The position numbers were made by a program, and so were the translations under genes. From Candidatus Moanibacter sp. (lineage in GTDB: Bacteria > Verrucomicrobiota > Verrucomicrobiia > Opitutales > UBA2987), in NCBI GenBank assembly GCA_965215885.1, contig CBDCEW010000044.1, positions 1 through 51,461 of the forward strand: 51,461 nucleotides of DNA. The letters are read 5' to 3'. The notes under the pieces are model-generated. The model saw only the letters and a list, made by a program, of their open reading frames with translations, was not told the DNA's origin and searched no databases. Numbering within the stretch: position 1 is the first letter of the stretch; the number at the start of each line of letters is the position of its first letter. Below are positions 40,858 to 50,564 of this stretch, piece after piece.

Positions 40858-41101
40858 CCCGGAGATCTTCTCAGATTTCCGGACTAGGATCCTGTCGGAC
40901 TTAGCATGAAAAATGAGGTCACTGGCGCAACCATCTGCCAAGACATGCGAACCTTGTCATTGCGAGGAAGAATGACGAAGCATTCCAGGTATTCGGGCCC
41001 TCATTTCCGTGGATTGCCGAGGTCTGCAGTACGGCAGCCCTCGCAATGACACGCGGTGAGATCCGTCGTCGTGGTAGAAGGTTTGTGAAACGTTCGGGCT
41101 G
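40855..41101. repeat. Compound repeat cluster (family C ends, family B end, GTCATTGCGAG palindrome)
   Basis: TAGCCCGGAGATCT..AGATTTCCGGACTA; CTAGGATCCTGTCGGACTTAG at 40884-40904; 13-bp IR at 40955-40967/41039-41051; family C right end at 41057-41101. Confidence 0.7.
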
Positions 41102-41141
41102 GAGGTGGCTCTCTTCTTCCGGGAGGGGCCAACTCCCCGAC

Positions 41142-42206
41142 CTACGCTTCCTCTCCGCGCCGGTTGGCCAGAGATCGCCTTGTAAGATCAAAGTGCGTCT
41201 CGTGGCCATCACGGAAGCGTTCCAGTTCGTCGACCATCAGTTTGAAAAATCGCTCATGCGTTGCGGCCGTGAATCCGGCGATGTGCGGACTCAAGAACAC
41301 GTTTTCGAGCTGAATGATTTCACTGTCGACGGGTATCGGCTCGGGATCAAACACGTCCAAACCGGCGACGATGTCACCCCTTTTGAGCCGCTCGATGAGC
41401 GCCTCGGAATCGATGATAGCGCCACGCGACACATTTACCAGCACGGATCCCGAAGTAATCAGCTCCAATTCAGCTCGCCCGATCATCCCTTTCGTCCGTG
41501 GAGTCAGTGGCGCTAGGCACACGATCGCTTTGCACTTCGATAACAAATTCCGAAGCGAGGTCTGTAAGAACCCTAAAGCATCAGCCATCTCCCTCGGCAG
41601 ATACGGATCATAAACCCAGATCTCTCCTTCAAAGGGCCGCAGAAACTTGATAAGTCGCCTCCCGGCGTGCCCGCAGCCGATCAATCCCACCCGCTTCCCA
41701 AAAAGATCACCGTGCAGATGCCCGGCGTGGCCGTCCGGCAGCCGCCTGCTCTCGCCCGAAAGCATCCGTCGAAACTGCGCCCCCGCATTGCGCAGCGAGA
41801 TGATCAGGAGCGCGAGCGCCCATTCCGATATCGGATAGGAAGAGGCGTTGGTCGTGTCTACCACCCGAATTCCCCGCTTCCACGCCGCCTCCACGTCAAT
41901 TCGGCCCGCGAAACGGTCCCCTTCCAGCTCCCCGATAAATTTCAGTCGCGGCGCTCTATCAATGATCCCGGCATCCACCCGAGGCGCCCCCTGGCAGACG
42001 ACCAGCGCATCTGCCTCACCGAGGTTATGGCCAAGGCGCGCTTCGTCTTCGTGATTTCGGTTAACCTCGTAGAGGCTCCCGCCCTCGTACTCCACCCACG
42101 CCAAGTCCGCAAAGGCATTCAGCCGATCCATATCCTCCGCCGCAGGATATTTCTCTCGCACCCGTTGGTTGCAAGCCCATACCACCTTCAGACGTTCCCG
42201 GCCCAT
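41142..42206 (-). CDS. D-2-hydroxyacid dehydrogenase family protein
   Basis: GLIGCGHAG, YDPY, NVSRGAII, GLDVFDPEP, SPHIAG. Confidence 0.9.
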   Translation of the reverse strand: MGRERLKVVWACNQRVREKYPAAEDMDRLNAFADLAWVEYEGGSLYEVNRNHEDEARLGHNLGEADALVVCQGAPRVDAGIIDRAPRLKFIGELEGDRFAGRIDVEAAWKRGIRVVDTTNASSYPISEWALALLIISLRNAGAQFRRMLSGESRRLPDGHAGHLHGDLFGKRVGLIGCGHAGRRLIKFLRPFEGEIWVYDPYLPREMADALGFLQTSLRNLLSKCKAIVCLAPLTPRTKGMIGRAELELITSGSVLVNVSRGAIIDSEALIERLKRGDIVAGLDVFDPEPIPVDSEIIQLENVFLSPHIAGFTAATHERFFKLMVDELERFRDGHETHFDLTRRSLANRRGEEA

Positions 42207-42251
42207 CGATCAATCGTCCCAGACCCAAGGTCATTGTCAAGCGACGGCGCG

Positions 42252-42464
42252 CTAGGAATCTGTCGGACTTATGATTCCTGACATCCTCGAGGCGCAGATT
42301 TCATCGTGACGGATCGACATTCCGACCCAAACGAGACCGACAGATTCCTTTCTAGTCCCGGCCTGTACGTGTTTAGCGTCATGCCTTCGATTGCTGGCTG
42401 CCCCGGTCTTGTGCCGGGGTGGCCTCAGAAACGCTAAACAGGTACTACGCCTTGCCGGGACTAG
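42252..42464. mobile_element. Family B element (42252-42350) plus a CTAGTCCCGGC-ended element containing a one-arm family A copy (42352-42464)
   Basis: CTAGGAATCTGTCGG...CCGACAGATTCCT; perfect 11-bp TIR CTAGTCCCGGC / GCCGGGACTAG. Confidence 0.7.
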
Positions 42465-42536
42465 CCGCAATCATCCATCGACAATGAAATCGACTTTGTG
42501 CAATATATATGGTTCCGGTCTTCCTTTGCCGCCCCC

Positions 42537-43755
42537 ATGAAATCCGCCTCGATCATTATTGGAACGATTATCGGTCTATCCGCTTGTGCAGGCGAGACCG
42601 CGGAAAAATCCACCGGGGGACGGCAATCACGTGTGCAATTCCCTGCGCATCCGCGTGGCGCTGTTCAATATCCGCGAGTTGTCCACCGAGACGCTCTCGG
42701 ATCTGGATGCCAACGGCATTGGGAGAAATCCCCAGGTTTTGTCGGCGACCGCCATCGTCAAGCGGATCAATCCCGACATCCTTATCGTCAACGAAATCGA
42801 CCATGATTACGATTCCCTCGAATCCGGCAACGTGTCGCTCGATGAGAACGCTCGCCGGTTCAATCGCGCTTACCTGAATCAGGGCCCGGATGCGATTGAC
42901 TATAGGTACTTTTTTGCCGCTCCCTGCAATACCGGCATCTATTCGGGACTCGACCTCAATGCCGATGGAAAGACCGCCGAGCGGGGGGATAGGGGCACCG
43001 ATGCCTACGGGAGCGATTGCTTCGGTTACGGGCGATACCCGGGGCAGTATTCCATGGCGGTTTTATCCCGTTTTCCCTTTGACTCCGCCGCGACGCGTAC
43101 TTTCCGGGAGTTTCTCTGGAAGGACTTTCCTAACAATCACATGCCCCCCGGGTTTTTTCCCATCGAAGCGGTCTCGGTCTTCAGGTTGTCGAGCAAATCG
43201 CATTGGGATCTTCCCGTCCTCATTGACGGCAGGACCATCCACCTCTTGCTGGCCCACCCCACGCCCACCGTATTCGACGGCGAGGAGGACCGCAACGGGC
43301 GCCGAAATTTCGATGAGAATCTGTTCTGGATCGAATACATCGATCGGGGATCAGCCCTATACGACGACAACGGCAGGCACGGCGGGCTCAGTAAAGGAGC
43401 TTCCTTTCTGATCGCCGGCGACCTGAATAACTTTCCCGAAGCGGCTCCCGATTACGAAGGCAAACCCGCCGTCGTGCACCTCCTCGAACACCCTGCCATC
43501 CGGGATTCCGGCCCCTTCATAACCAGTACGGGCGGCCTCCAAGGCCGGAATCCCGGCGCCCCCGCTTTTCCCGAACGCAGCACCGTAAGGTTCCGCGGTT
43601 TCGGCGCCCGTATCGATTATATCTTGCCCAGCGCGGATTTGAAGATTCTCAAAGGCGCCGTATTCTGGCCGCACCCCGATGCCGATCCCGAAGGCTACCG
43701 CCTCGCCGAGGAGGCCTCCGACCACCGCCTCGTGTGGTTGGATCTGGAGTTGTAA
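42537..43755 (+). CDS. Endonuclease/exonuclease/phosphatase-family lipoprotein (frameshift near 42604-42619)
   Basis: Lipobox LSAC in one frame. Catalytic domain in the next frame: PDILIVNEID, RLSSKSHWD, HPTP, AGDLN, RIDYILP, ASDHRLVW. Confidence 0.82.
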
Positions 43756-43826
43756 CCCGCCTTTTTTACACTTTTCAGAAGCCTGGATGGCAAAGCCCGA
43801 GCGAAGCGACATCTCTCAATTTGCCT

Positions 43827-44828
43827 TCACCCGAATACCTCCCGACGGAGTTCACGCAGCACCGTTAATCCCTCCCAATCGCTCCCTTTCATCCGCAGTG
43901 GCCCGCTCTTTCTCTTTGCTCCGAACTGACTCCTGAACTCCTCAAAGACTCCCTGGACAAACCCTTCCGAACCGAGCACTGCTCCATCCGTGAAATAGCG
44001 CACCCGACACCGCAACGCCGCTGCTACCGGCACCTTTCCCCCACTTTGAATCACTTTTCTCCACTCTTCATCGGGTATTGTTGCTCCACCACTCGGCGAT
44101 CGTAATGCCCCTTTGCAATAGAGCAACTTGCGATACTCGCTCGCTGCCTTTCTCCAGCGTATTTCTTCTCTATCACTATGCCGGATGCTCTCACAGATCC
44201 CACGGCGCGCTCGGGCATTTCCACCCATAGCCTCTCCATAACCACTCCACCGATAATCTTTCGGATCATCTACGATCTTTGCCCGCACCGGATTCAGGTC
44301 GATATACGCTGCCGTGATCCGCAACGCCGCATCAGTCCCTTCCACCAAAGTACTCTTGAACCGCTCACTCCACAGCGTCCCTACCCTGTTATGCGAGCGG
44401 TTATACCAGATCGAAAAGCGTTGCTTCAGTGTCTTCATGAACTGGGAGACATCATGCATCCGGGCCAAAAGCTGCTCTCTCAACGCCTTTCCCTCCTCCC
44501 CATCTTCTAACAGCTTCATCTCCAACACCTTGGCATCGGCCTGCTGATATGGAGTAGGCTTCGGATACAGCACCCGGTATCGCCGCATCAACTCCTTATC
44601 CGAGATTACCACACTTTCCCGATCCGGCACTTGTACCAGGGCGTGAAAATGACTATTCAGTAAGCAATAGGTTATCACCTCGACCCCGCTGAAGTCCGCA
44701 ATCTGCCACAGCTGCTTGCGCAAGACCTCCTTCGCCATCCCATCGATCAAGTTCTCCTTATTCACCGTCCGCGTCATGCAATGATAGACTGCACTACGAC
44801 CAATTATTTTCAATCGATGCTTTCTCAT
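43827..44828 (-). CDS. HUH Y1 transposase, REP-associated tyrosine transposase (RAYT)-like
   Basis: VYHCMTR, YCLLNSHFH (HUH), GTLWSERFKS, YIDLNPVRA, DYRWS; long C-terminal tail RVRYFTDG. Confidence 0.88.
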   Translation of the reverse strand: MRKHRLKIIGRSAVYHCMTRTVNKENLIDGMAKEVLRKQLWQIADFSGVEVITYCLLNSHFHALVQVPDRESVVISDKELMRRYRVLYPKPTPYQQADAKVLEMKLLEDGEEGKALREQLLARMHDVSQFMKTLKQRFSIWYNRSHNRVGTLWSERFKSTLVEGTDAALRITAAYIDLNPVRAKIVDDPKDYRWSGYGEAMGGNARARRGICESIRHSDREEIRWRKAASEYRKLLYCKGALRSPSGGATIPDEEWRKVIQSGGKVPVAAALRCRVRYFTDGAVLGSEGFVQGVFEEFRSQFGAKRKSGPLRMKGSDWEGLTVLRELRREVFG

Positions 44829-44845
44829 TATAAATTAATAAAGAA

Positions 44846-46461
44846 GCCTCGATCAGCAGAATCTGTGGGTTATTTCGGGTTCACTTTATTTAAGTCGCAA
44901 CATCGGTATGAAATAGGGCGATCTTAAGCACTTCGAAGCTCTCCAAAGCCGTATGCTTTTCTGATAGTGAGATTTATATTGCGGTTAAAGCCCTCCACAA
45001 TGCCGCAGGAAAAGGCCTTTTGAAAGGCCCGAAACCAGTTGAGGATGAGCGTTTAACTCGTGTTTGCGCACGAAGAGCGCACGATTCAATGATCTATTTG
45101 ATCGGTTTGAGGCGCAACGCATGGCGAGCGTGCACCATTTTTTCAGATACCACGGCCCAGTAGGGACTTTTATAATGCCACAAGAGCTGAAAGATCGAGA
45201 CTCCTTTAGTAGATAGGCCCGCAACGCTCTTCAGATCGTATTGGAGCACCTCCTTGAGGCGTTTTCTGTTGGGTGGGGGTGAGATTTGCGGATTTTTCAA
45301 GTCTTACAGATATGGCAGGCTTTTGCCAGCACGTTGATGAAAGCCGTCCCGTTGCAATCGCCGGGGCTTCCGCAGCACGAATCTCATTGAGCTTGGCCGG
45401 GATATGTTCAACGCGGATTTTGGCTACCAAGTGGAAGCGATCGAGGATGGGCAAGCGCCTGGGGTGCCTTTTTCTTGATCACTTTGAGGTAAGGCTTCCA
45501 CAGATCCGAGCAGACGTAGAGGATCTGGCTGCTCTTTTGCGCTCCCAATTCCCAGAAAAAACGCAAGAGCGATTTTACGCTTGCGCTTATTGAAGACTTC
45601 CGCCCAATAGCCGCCGCCTTAGATATCGTCAAGCTGGTAGACCACGGTGAGATAGGCACGATGGCGGCGATGATACTGCACCTCATCGACTCCCATCGCC
45701 TCAATCCCAATTGCTCATATCGCGCCGTTTGAGCCCCCAACGCAGGCCCCCTATGATCGCTTCTCGACCGACTCGAAGACGTTGCGCCAGTTCGTGCGAA
45801 AAACCCTTGCCGTCATCTTCTTACAGCTCAAGCGCCTCGCCCACTGGGCCAGCAAACCTGCATTGGCCAACTCGAAGATGACTCTTGCCCTTGGCCCAGG
45901 GCACCTCGCTCGACCTTCACCCCGCACCGCCGGCAATTGACCCGCCGCATGCGGTAACGAAAATACACCTTCATCCCCCACAAGGGCACAAATTCAAAAT
46001 GCCTCGCCTCGCTCATGTGGTCGTAGCCGCTGGCCGTCCGGCCACACCCCGAACAGCACACCCGACAGTGTATTCTTGCGCGGCTCAATCTGCACCACAA
46101 TCGCCTCCTACGCTCAGAATCTCTTCAGCTCCACCCCCGATTTCTCCACCAAACCATTTCCATACTCGCCATTTGCGACTAAACAAAGCTCTTGAGCCAA
46201 TAGCACCGATTCAGTAGCGTTTGCCGATGAGCACCCGGGTCCTCCGTGTTCAGGACCTGTATTTTCGGTACAAACTTTCATCCTCGGCAACGGCCCGGTG
46301 CTTTGAGCCCTCAACAATTCATATGCAAAGAAAACACCGACCAGCCCCTCCGGCTGTGGAGGAGCGGGATTAAAAGGGCAGCGCCCTGACTTCTCCTTGA
46401 TGCTCACCGACTCTATTTCCTCTTGTAAGCATACCCACCCACAGATTCTGCTGTATGAGGC
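44846..46461 (-). mobile_element. ISL3-family element, degenerate
   Basis: TIRs GCCTCGATCAGCAGAATCTGTGGGT / ACCCACAGATTCTGCTGTATGAGGC; 8-bp duplication ATAAAGAA / TTAAAGAA. Confidence 0.85.
44853..46235 (-). pseudogene. ISL3 transposase with many frameshifts
   Basis: Fragments in different frames: CSGC..RHFEFVPLWG..RRVNCRRCG, CSDLWKPY, LDRFHLV, RAYLLKE, VEGFN, THRFC*. Start approximate. Confidence 0.85.
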
Positions 46462-46664
46462 TTAAAGAATATTTTTGTGTTGATGCCAGAGAGGTCTATT
46501 AACCTGTCCCTTATATTTTCCTTCTAAACTTTATTTAACCCTTCTCTGAATAGCAACGGAAATCGTGTTGGAGGAGGCCGTGAGGTCACGGAGTTCAAAT
46601 TGGGAACACAATGTCCGATCGCCTACAAGCCTGAGGGGCGAGGAGCGCTTAGCCCGACAGATTC

Positions 46665-48122
46665 CTAGGAGCCGAGTAGACCGCGCAAAATTTCGTCTAC
46701 CAGCGCCGGGTTGGCTCTTCCTCGGGTGGCCTTCATGACCTCCCCTTTGAGGGCATTTATGGCTTTTTCCTTGCCCGATTTGAACTCTTCAACGGGTTTG
46801 GGATTATCCGCAATCGCCTGTCTGCATACCTTTTCCAATTCGCCAGCGTCACTCGTCTGTTGCAGGCCCTTCCTCTCAACGATTACATCGGGAGCGTCCC
46901 CGCTATTGAACATTTCAACAAAAACCTCCTGGGCGATCTGTTTGGAAATGACGTGGTCGTCAATCATTCGGACGAGTTGCGCAATGTCCTTCGCATCAAC
47001 CTTACAATCCGATAATGGCAGATTCCCACCGTCACCGGCTGCTGATAGTTCACGCAGGAGGTCGTTCGCCACGAAGTTGGCAATATCTCTGGGTTTATTG
47101 TAGGACTGCACGGCCGCCTCGAAGTAGTCACACAATTCCCTGTCGGGACAGATTACGGAGGTGACCGTGTAAGGAAGGGTGTACTCTTCTGAAAAACGCC
47201 GTTGTTTTTCAAAAGGCAGCTCCCCAAGCCCCTCCCTGATCTCCTCGCGCCACTCCGCACTGATCTTGACCGGCATCAGATCGGGATCCGGGAAATAGCG
47301 ATAGTCGTGCGCTTCTTCCTTCGTCCGCAAAGAGACCGAGAATCCTTCCTCGGCGTTCCAATGTCGCGTCTCCTGCGGCACCGTCTCCCCTCTCAGATTC
47401 ACTCGAATCTGCCGATCAATCTCATATTCCACACCATTGCGCACACCCGAGATACTGTTCAGATTCTTCAACTCCACCTTGTTGCCAAGTTCACTGCTCC
47501 CACGTGGCCTGACGCTTGTATTGGCATCGCAGCGAAGCTGCCCTTTCTCCATATCGCAGTCGGAGATCTGCGCGTATACCATGTGCTTCTTCAGCGAGGT
47601 AAGAAACGAATACACTTCCTCCGCGGAATGCATATCCGGTTCTGTAACGATCTCGAGCAGAGGTGCGCCTGATCGGTTAAAATCCACCAGACTATAGTTC
47701 TCGGAATGGGTCAATTTCCCGGCATCCTCCTCCAAGTGGATACGGTTCAGCCGTACGCAGCGGTGTTCACCCATGACGTTTCGCGACGGTCCCGGCAACT
47801 CGATTTCGACTTCTCCCACGCGACAGATCGGCTGATCGTACTGTGAGATCTGATAGTTCTTTGGCTGGTCAGGATAAAAGTAATTCTTGCGGTCCCATTT
47901 ACACACATCGGCAATCTCGCAGCTGAACATCAGACCCGCCTTGACAGTCATCGCAACTGCATCGCGGTTCATCACGGGAAGGGTACCTGGCAGCCCCATG
48001 ATCAATGGGTTCGTCAACGAATTCGGCGGCTCCCCATAGCGATAGGCCACCCGCGTGAACATCTTCGACTCCGTCTTGAGTTGAACATGAACCTCCAGCC
48101 CGATGACTGCCTCATACTCCAT
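46665..48122 (-). CDS. gatB: Asp/Glu-tRNA amidotransferase subunit B
   Basis: VIGLEVHVQL, RKNYFYPD, HLEEDAGK, EIVTEPD, YRYFPDPDL. Confidence 0.97.
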   Translation of the reverse strand: MEYEAVIGLEVHVQLKTESKMFTRVAYRYGEPPNSLTNPLIMGLPGTLPVMNRDAVAMTVKAGLMFSCEIADVCKWDRKNYFYPDQPKNYQISQYDQPICRVGEVEIELPGPSRNVMGEHRCVRLNRIHLEEDAGKLTHSENYSLVDFNRSGAPLLEIVTEPDMHSAEEVYSFLTSLKKHMVYAQISDCDMEKGQLRCDANTSVRPRGSSELGNKVELKNLNSISGVRNGVEYEIDRQIRVNLRGETVPQETRHWNAEEGFSVSLRTKEEAHDYRYFPDPDLMPVKISAEWREEIREGLGELPFEKQRRFSEEYTLPYTVTSVICPDRELCDYFEAAVQSYNKPRDIANFVANDLLRELSAAGDGGNLPLSDCKVDAKDIAQLVRMIDDHVISKQIAQEVFVEMFNSGDAPDVIVERKGLQQTSDAGELEKVCRQAIADNPKPVEEFKSGKEKAINALKGEVMKATRGRANPALVDEILRGLLGS

Positions 48123-48294
48123 TGTTCGATCTAATTCAGTGAAGCTTCGATCGACGTATCACGGACCACAGATCCGGGTCTCCGAACCACCGACCCATCC
48201 GATATCGCTGCCACTTTGAGACTCCTCCACTGATTACTGGTCACAAAACACTTCTCACCGTCTCCGCCTCCTCGCGTCTCCGATTCTTCCATTC

Positions 48295-49758
48295 TCATAG
48301 ATCAGGATGCTGCCCACAATAAGGATGGTTCTCTTCAAAGAACCGTGCCACTGCTAAAAGCTCGGTCTCGCGATAGGGTTGACCGATAATCTGCAACCCG
48401 ATGGGTAGTCCCTTCTCATCGAATCCGCAGGGTATTGAAATTCCGGGGAGTCCGGCAAGATTCACCGAGATCGTATAGATATCACTCAAATACATCTCGA
48501 GTGGATCGCTCGTCCGTTCTCCTATCTTGAATGCTGTCGTCGGCGATACCGGAGCGACGATGGCATCGACATCTTCAAAAGCATTCAAGAAGTCATTGCG
48601 AATCAGTGTCCGTACTTTCTGAGCGCGCAGGTAATAGGCCTCGTAGTAGCCGCTGCTGAGCGCATAAGTTCCCAGAATTATGCGTCGCTTTACCTCTTCG
48701 CCGAAACCTTCCCCACGCGTCTTGAAATAGAGATCGACATGGTCTTCCGCCTTTTCGCTCCGAATCGTGTAGCGAACCCCATCGTACCGGGCAAGGTTTG
48801 ATGAAGCCTCCGCCGTTGCGATGAGATAGTAAACCGGAATCGCTAAATCGGTATGTGGCAATGAGACTTCAACGATTTTGCATCCCGCATCCCGGTAAAA
48901 CGCGATTGCCTCTTCGACGCACTCCCGCACCTCAGCATTGAGACCTTCACCAAAGTATTCCATCGGAACACCCAATCTCCACGACCCCGACCTCTCGCTC
49001 AATGCTTTCGCATAATCCGGGATATCCACTCGCACGGAAGTGGAATCAAGCGAATCGTGTCCCGCTATCTCCTGGAGAAGAAGGGCAACATCCTCTACGC
49101 TCCGCCCCATCGGACCGATCTGGTCGAGTGAGGAGGCGAAAGCGACTAATCCATAACGTGAAACCAGGCCGTAGGTCGGTTTCATCCCAACAATTCCGCA
49201 GTGCGACGCAGGTTGTCGAATGGACCCCCCTGTGTCCGTGCCCAGGGCGAGCACGGCCTCACCAGCTGCTACGGCGGCCGCGCTTCCCCCGCTACTGCCC
49301 CCGGGAACGCGATCAGCTTCCCATGGATTCCTTGTTGCCTTAAACGCCGAATTCTCAGTCGAAGATCCCATCGCAAATTCATCCATATTCAGCCGCCCCC
49401 ACAAGACCGCGCCCGCCTCTCTTAACCTGACAGTCGCGGTAGCATCGTATGGGGAAGTGAATCTCTCCAGTATCTTACTGCCACAAGTGAGCTGTTGGTC
49501 CTTTACTGAGATTACATCCTTGATCCCGATCGGGATCCCGTCCAGCGGCCCGCGTGTGTTATTACCGGACCTGCGCCGGTCACTCTCTTTGGCCTGCGCA
49601 ATAGCGTTATCCGCGTCGTAATGAAGAAAGGCTCCTACACGATCCTCGACAGCTTCGGTGCGCACGATAGTCGCTCGTGTCAACTCCACCGAAGTAATCT
49701 CCTTCTCCCCCAAGAGACGACTGAGCTCCGTTGCGGTCCTGTAATAAAGCTCGGACAT
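48295..49758 (-). CDS. gatA: Glu-tRNA amidotransferase subunit A
   Basis: IKD, NMDEFAMGSSTE, PGGSSGGS, DTGGSIRQP, EVKRRI.LGT. Confidence 0.97.
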   Translation of the reverse strand: MSELYYRTATELSRLLGEKEITSVELTRATIVRTEAVEDRVGAFLHYDADNAIAQAKESDRRRSGNNTRGPLDGIPIGIKDVISVKDQQLTCGSKILERFTSPYDATATVRLREAGAVLWGRLNMDEFAMGSSTENSAFKATRNPWEADRVPGGSSGGSAAAVAAGEAVLALGTDTGGSIRQPASHCGIVGMKPTYGLVSRYGLVAFASSLDQIGPMGRSVEDVALLLQEIAGHDSLDSTSVRVDIPDYAKALSERSGSWRLGVPMEYFGEGLNAEVRECVEEAIAFYRDAGCKIVEVSLPHTDLAIPVYYLIATAEASSNLARYDGVRYTIRSEKAEDHVDLYFKTRGEGFGEEVKRRIILGTYALSSGYYEAYYLRAQKVRTLIRNDFLNAFEDVDAIVAPVSPTTAFKIGERTSDPLEMYLSDIYTISVNLAGLPGISIPCGFDEKGLPIGLQIIGQPYRETELLAVARFFEENHPYCGQHPDL

Positions 49759-49775
49759 TAGGTGGAGTTACAATG

Positions 49776-49952
49776 CGAAGCTGAAAAACAGCCACTTATC
49801 AGATTCTGCTCAAAAAGTCGTCCTTTCTGAATCCGCGACCATGTTCTTGCGAACGCGGCTACATATATAAAGGACTTACGAAGCAGAGTAGCCGCGTTCG
49901 CAAGAACGTGGGGATTTTTCAGCAGAATCAGAAGTGTTCGTTTTTCGGGTTC
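49776..49952. repeat. Nested palindrome with a GTAG REP doublet
   Basis: CCATGTTCTTGCGAACGCGGCTAC - 25 nt - GTAGCCGCGTTCGCAAGAACGTGG, inside a ~40-bp imperfect outer IR. Confidence 0.78.
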
Positions 49953-50206
49953 AGCCGCGAATGGTGCTAAGATAGCGGGCAGAAACGGTATATGAAGCCA
50001 CGGTCGAATTCGGCCGCAAGCGGCCTTCCTACAACAACATATTTCCCGGCGTGCCGGGGGAGGAAGCTCACCTGCGGATCGTAGACCGTTGCATGAGGGC
50101 TTTTCCCGCTTTCTCTCAGTTTTTCTCTGTTTCTCCCGGCGCGCCGGGATTCAATTCTCTTCTCCATGCGAAGACCTTCCAGTTTGATTGCGAAAACGCT
50201 GCGCTA

Positions 50207-50503
50207 CTAATCTTCCACTACCTTCGGTACTACGACTTGATCATCCCGTACGGATGGAGAATTCCGAAGTGCTTCCTCAACACTGATACCAGGCACAGCC
50301 ACATCTTCATCCCAAACATTGTAAACGGGAAAGGCATGAGCGGTCGGTTCCACATCGGAGGCATCTACCGTTTCCAGCTTTTCGAAATAGCTTAGAATGT
50401 CCCCAAGTTGCGCCGAGAACTTTCTCTTCTCCTCAGCCGTCAGTTCGATACGAGCCAGATTAGCAACGTATTCGATATCGATCTCTCCTTTTTCCTGCAT
50501 CAT
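50207..50503 (-). CDS. gatC: Asp/Glu-tRNA amidotransferase subunit C
   Basis: YVANLARIEL, VEPTAH, VPKVVE; upstream of gatA. Confidence 0.95.
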   Translation of the reverse strand: MMQEKGEIDIEYVANLARIELTAEEKRKFSAQLGDILSYFEKLETVDASDVEPTAHAFPVYNVWDEDVAVPGISVEEALRNSPSVRDDQVVVPKVVED

Positions 50504-50564
50504 AACTCATTCATTACAATCCATTTATCACCCGCCTTTAAGAAGTCGTTTGAAACGTTGGAGG

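Noticed and set aside
49967..50167. 66-aa ORF between gatC and gatA
   Set aside because: It runs through palindromic repeats and has no recognisable motif.
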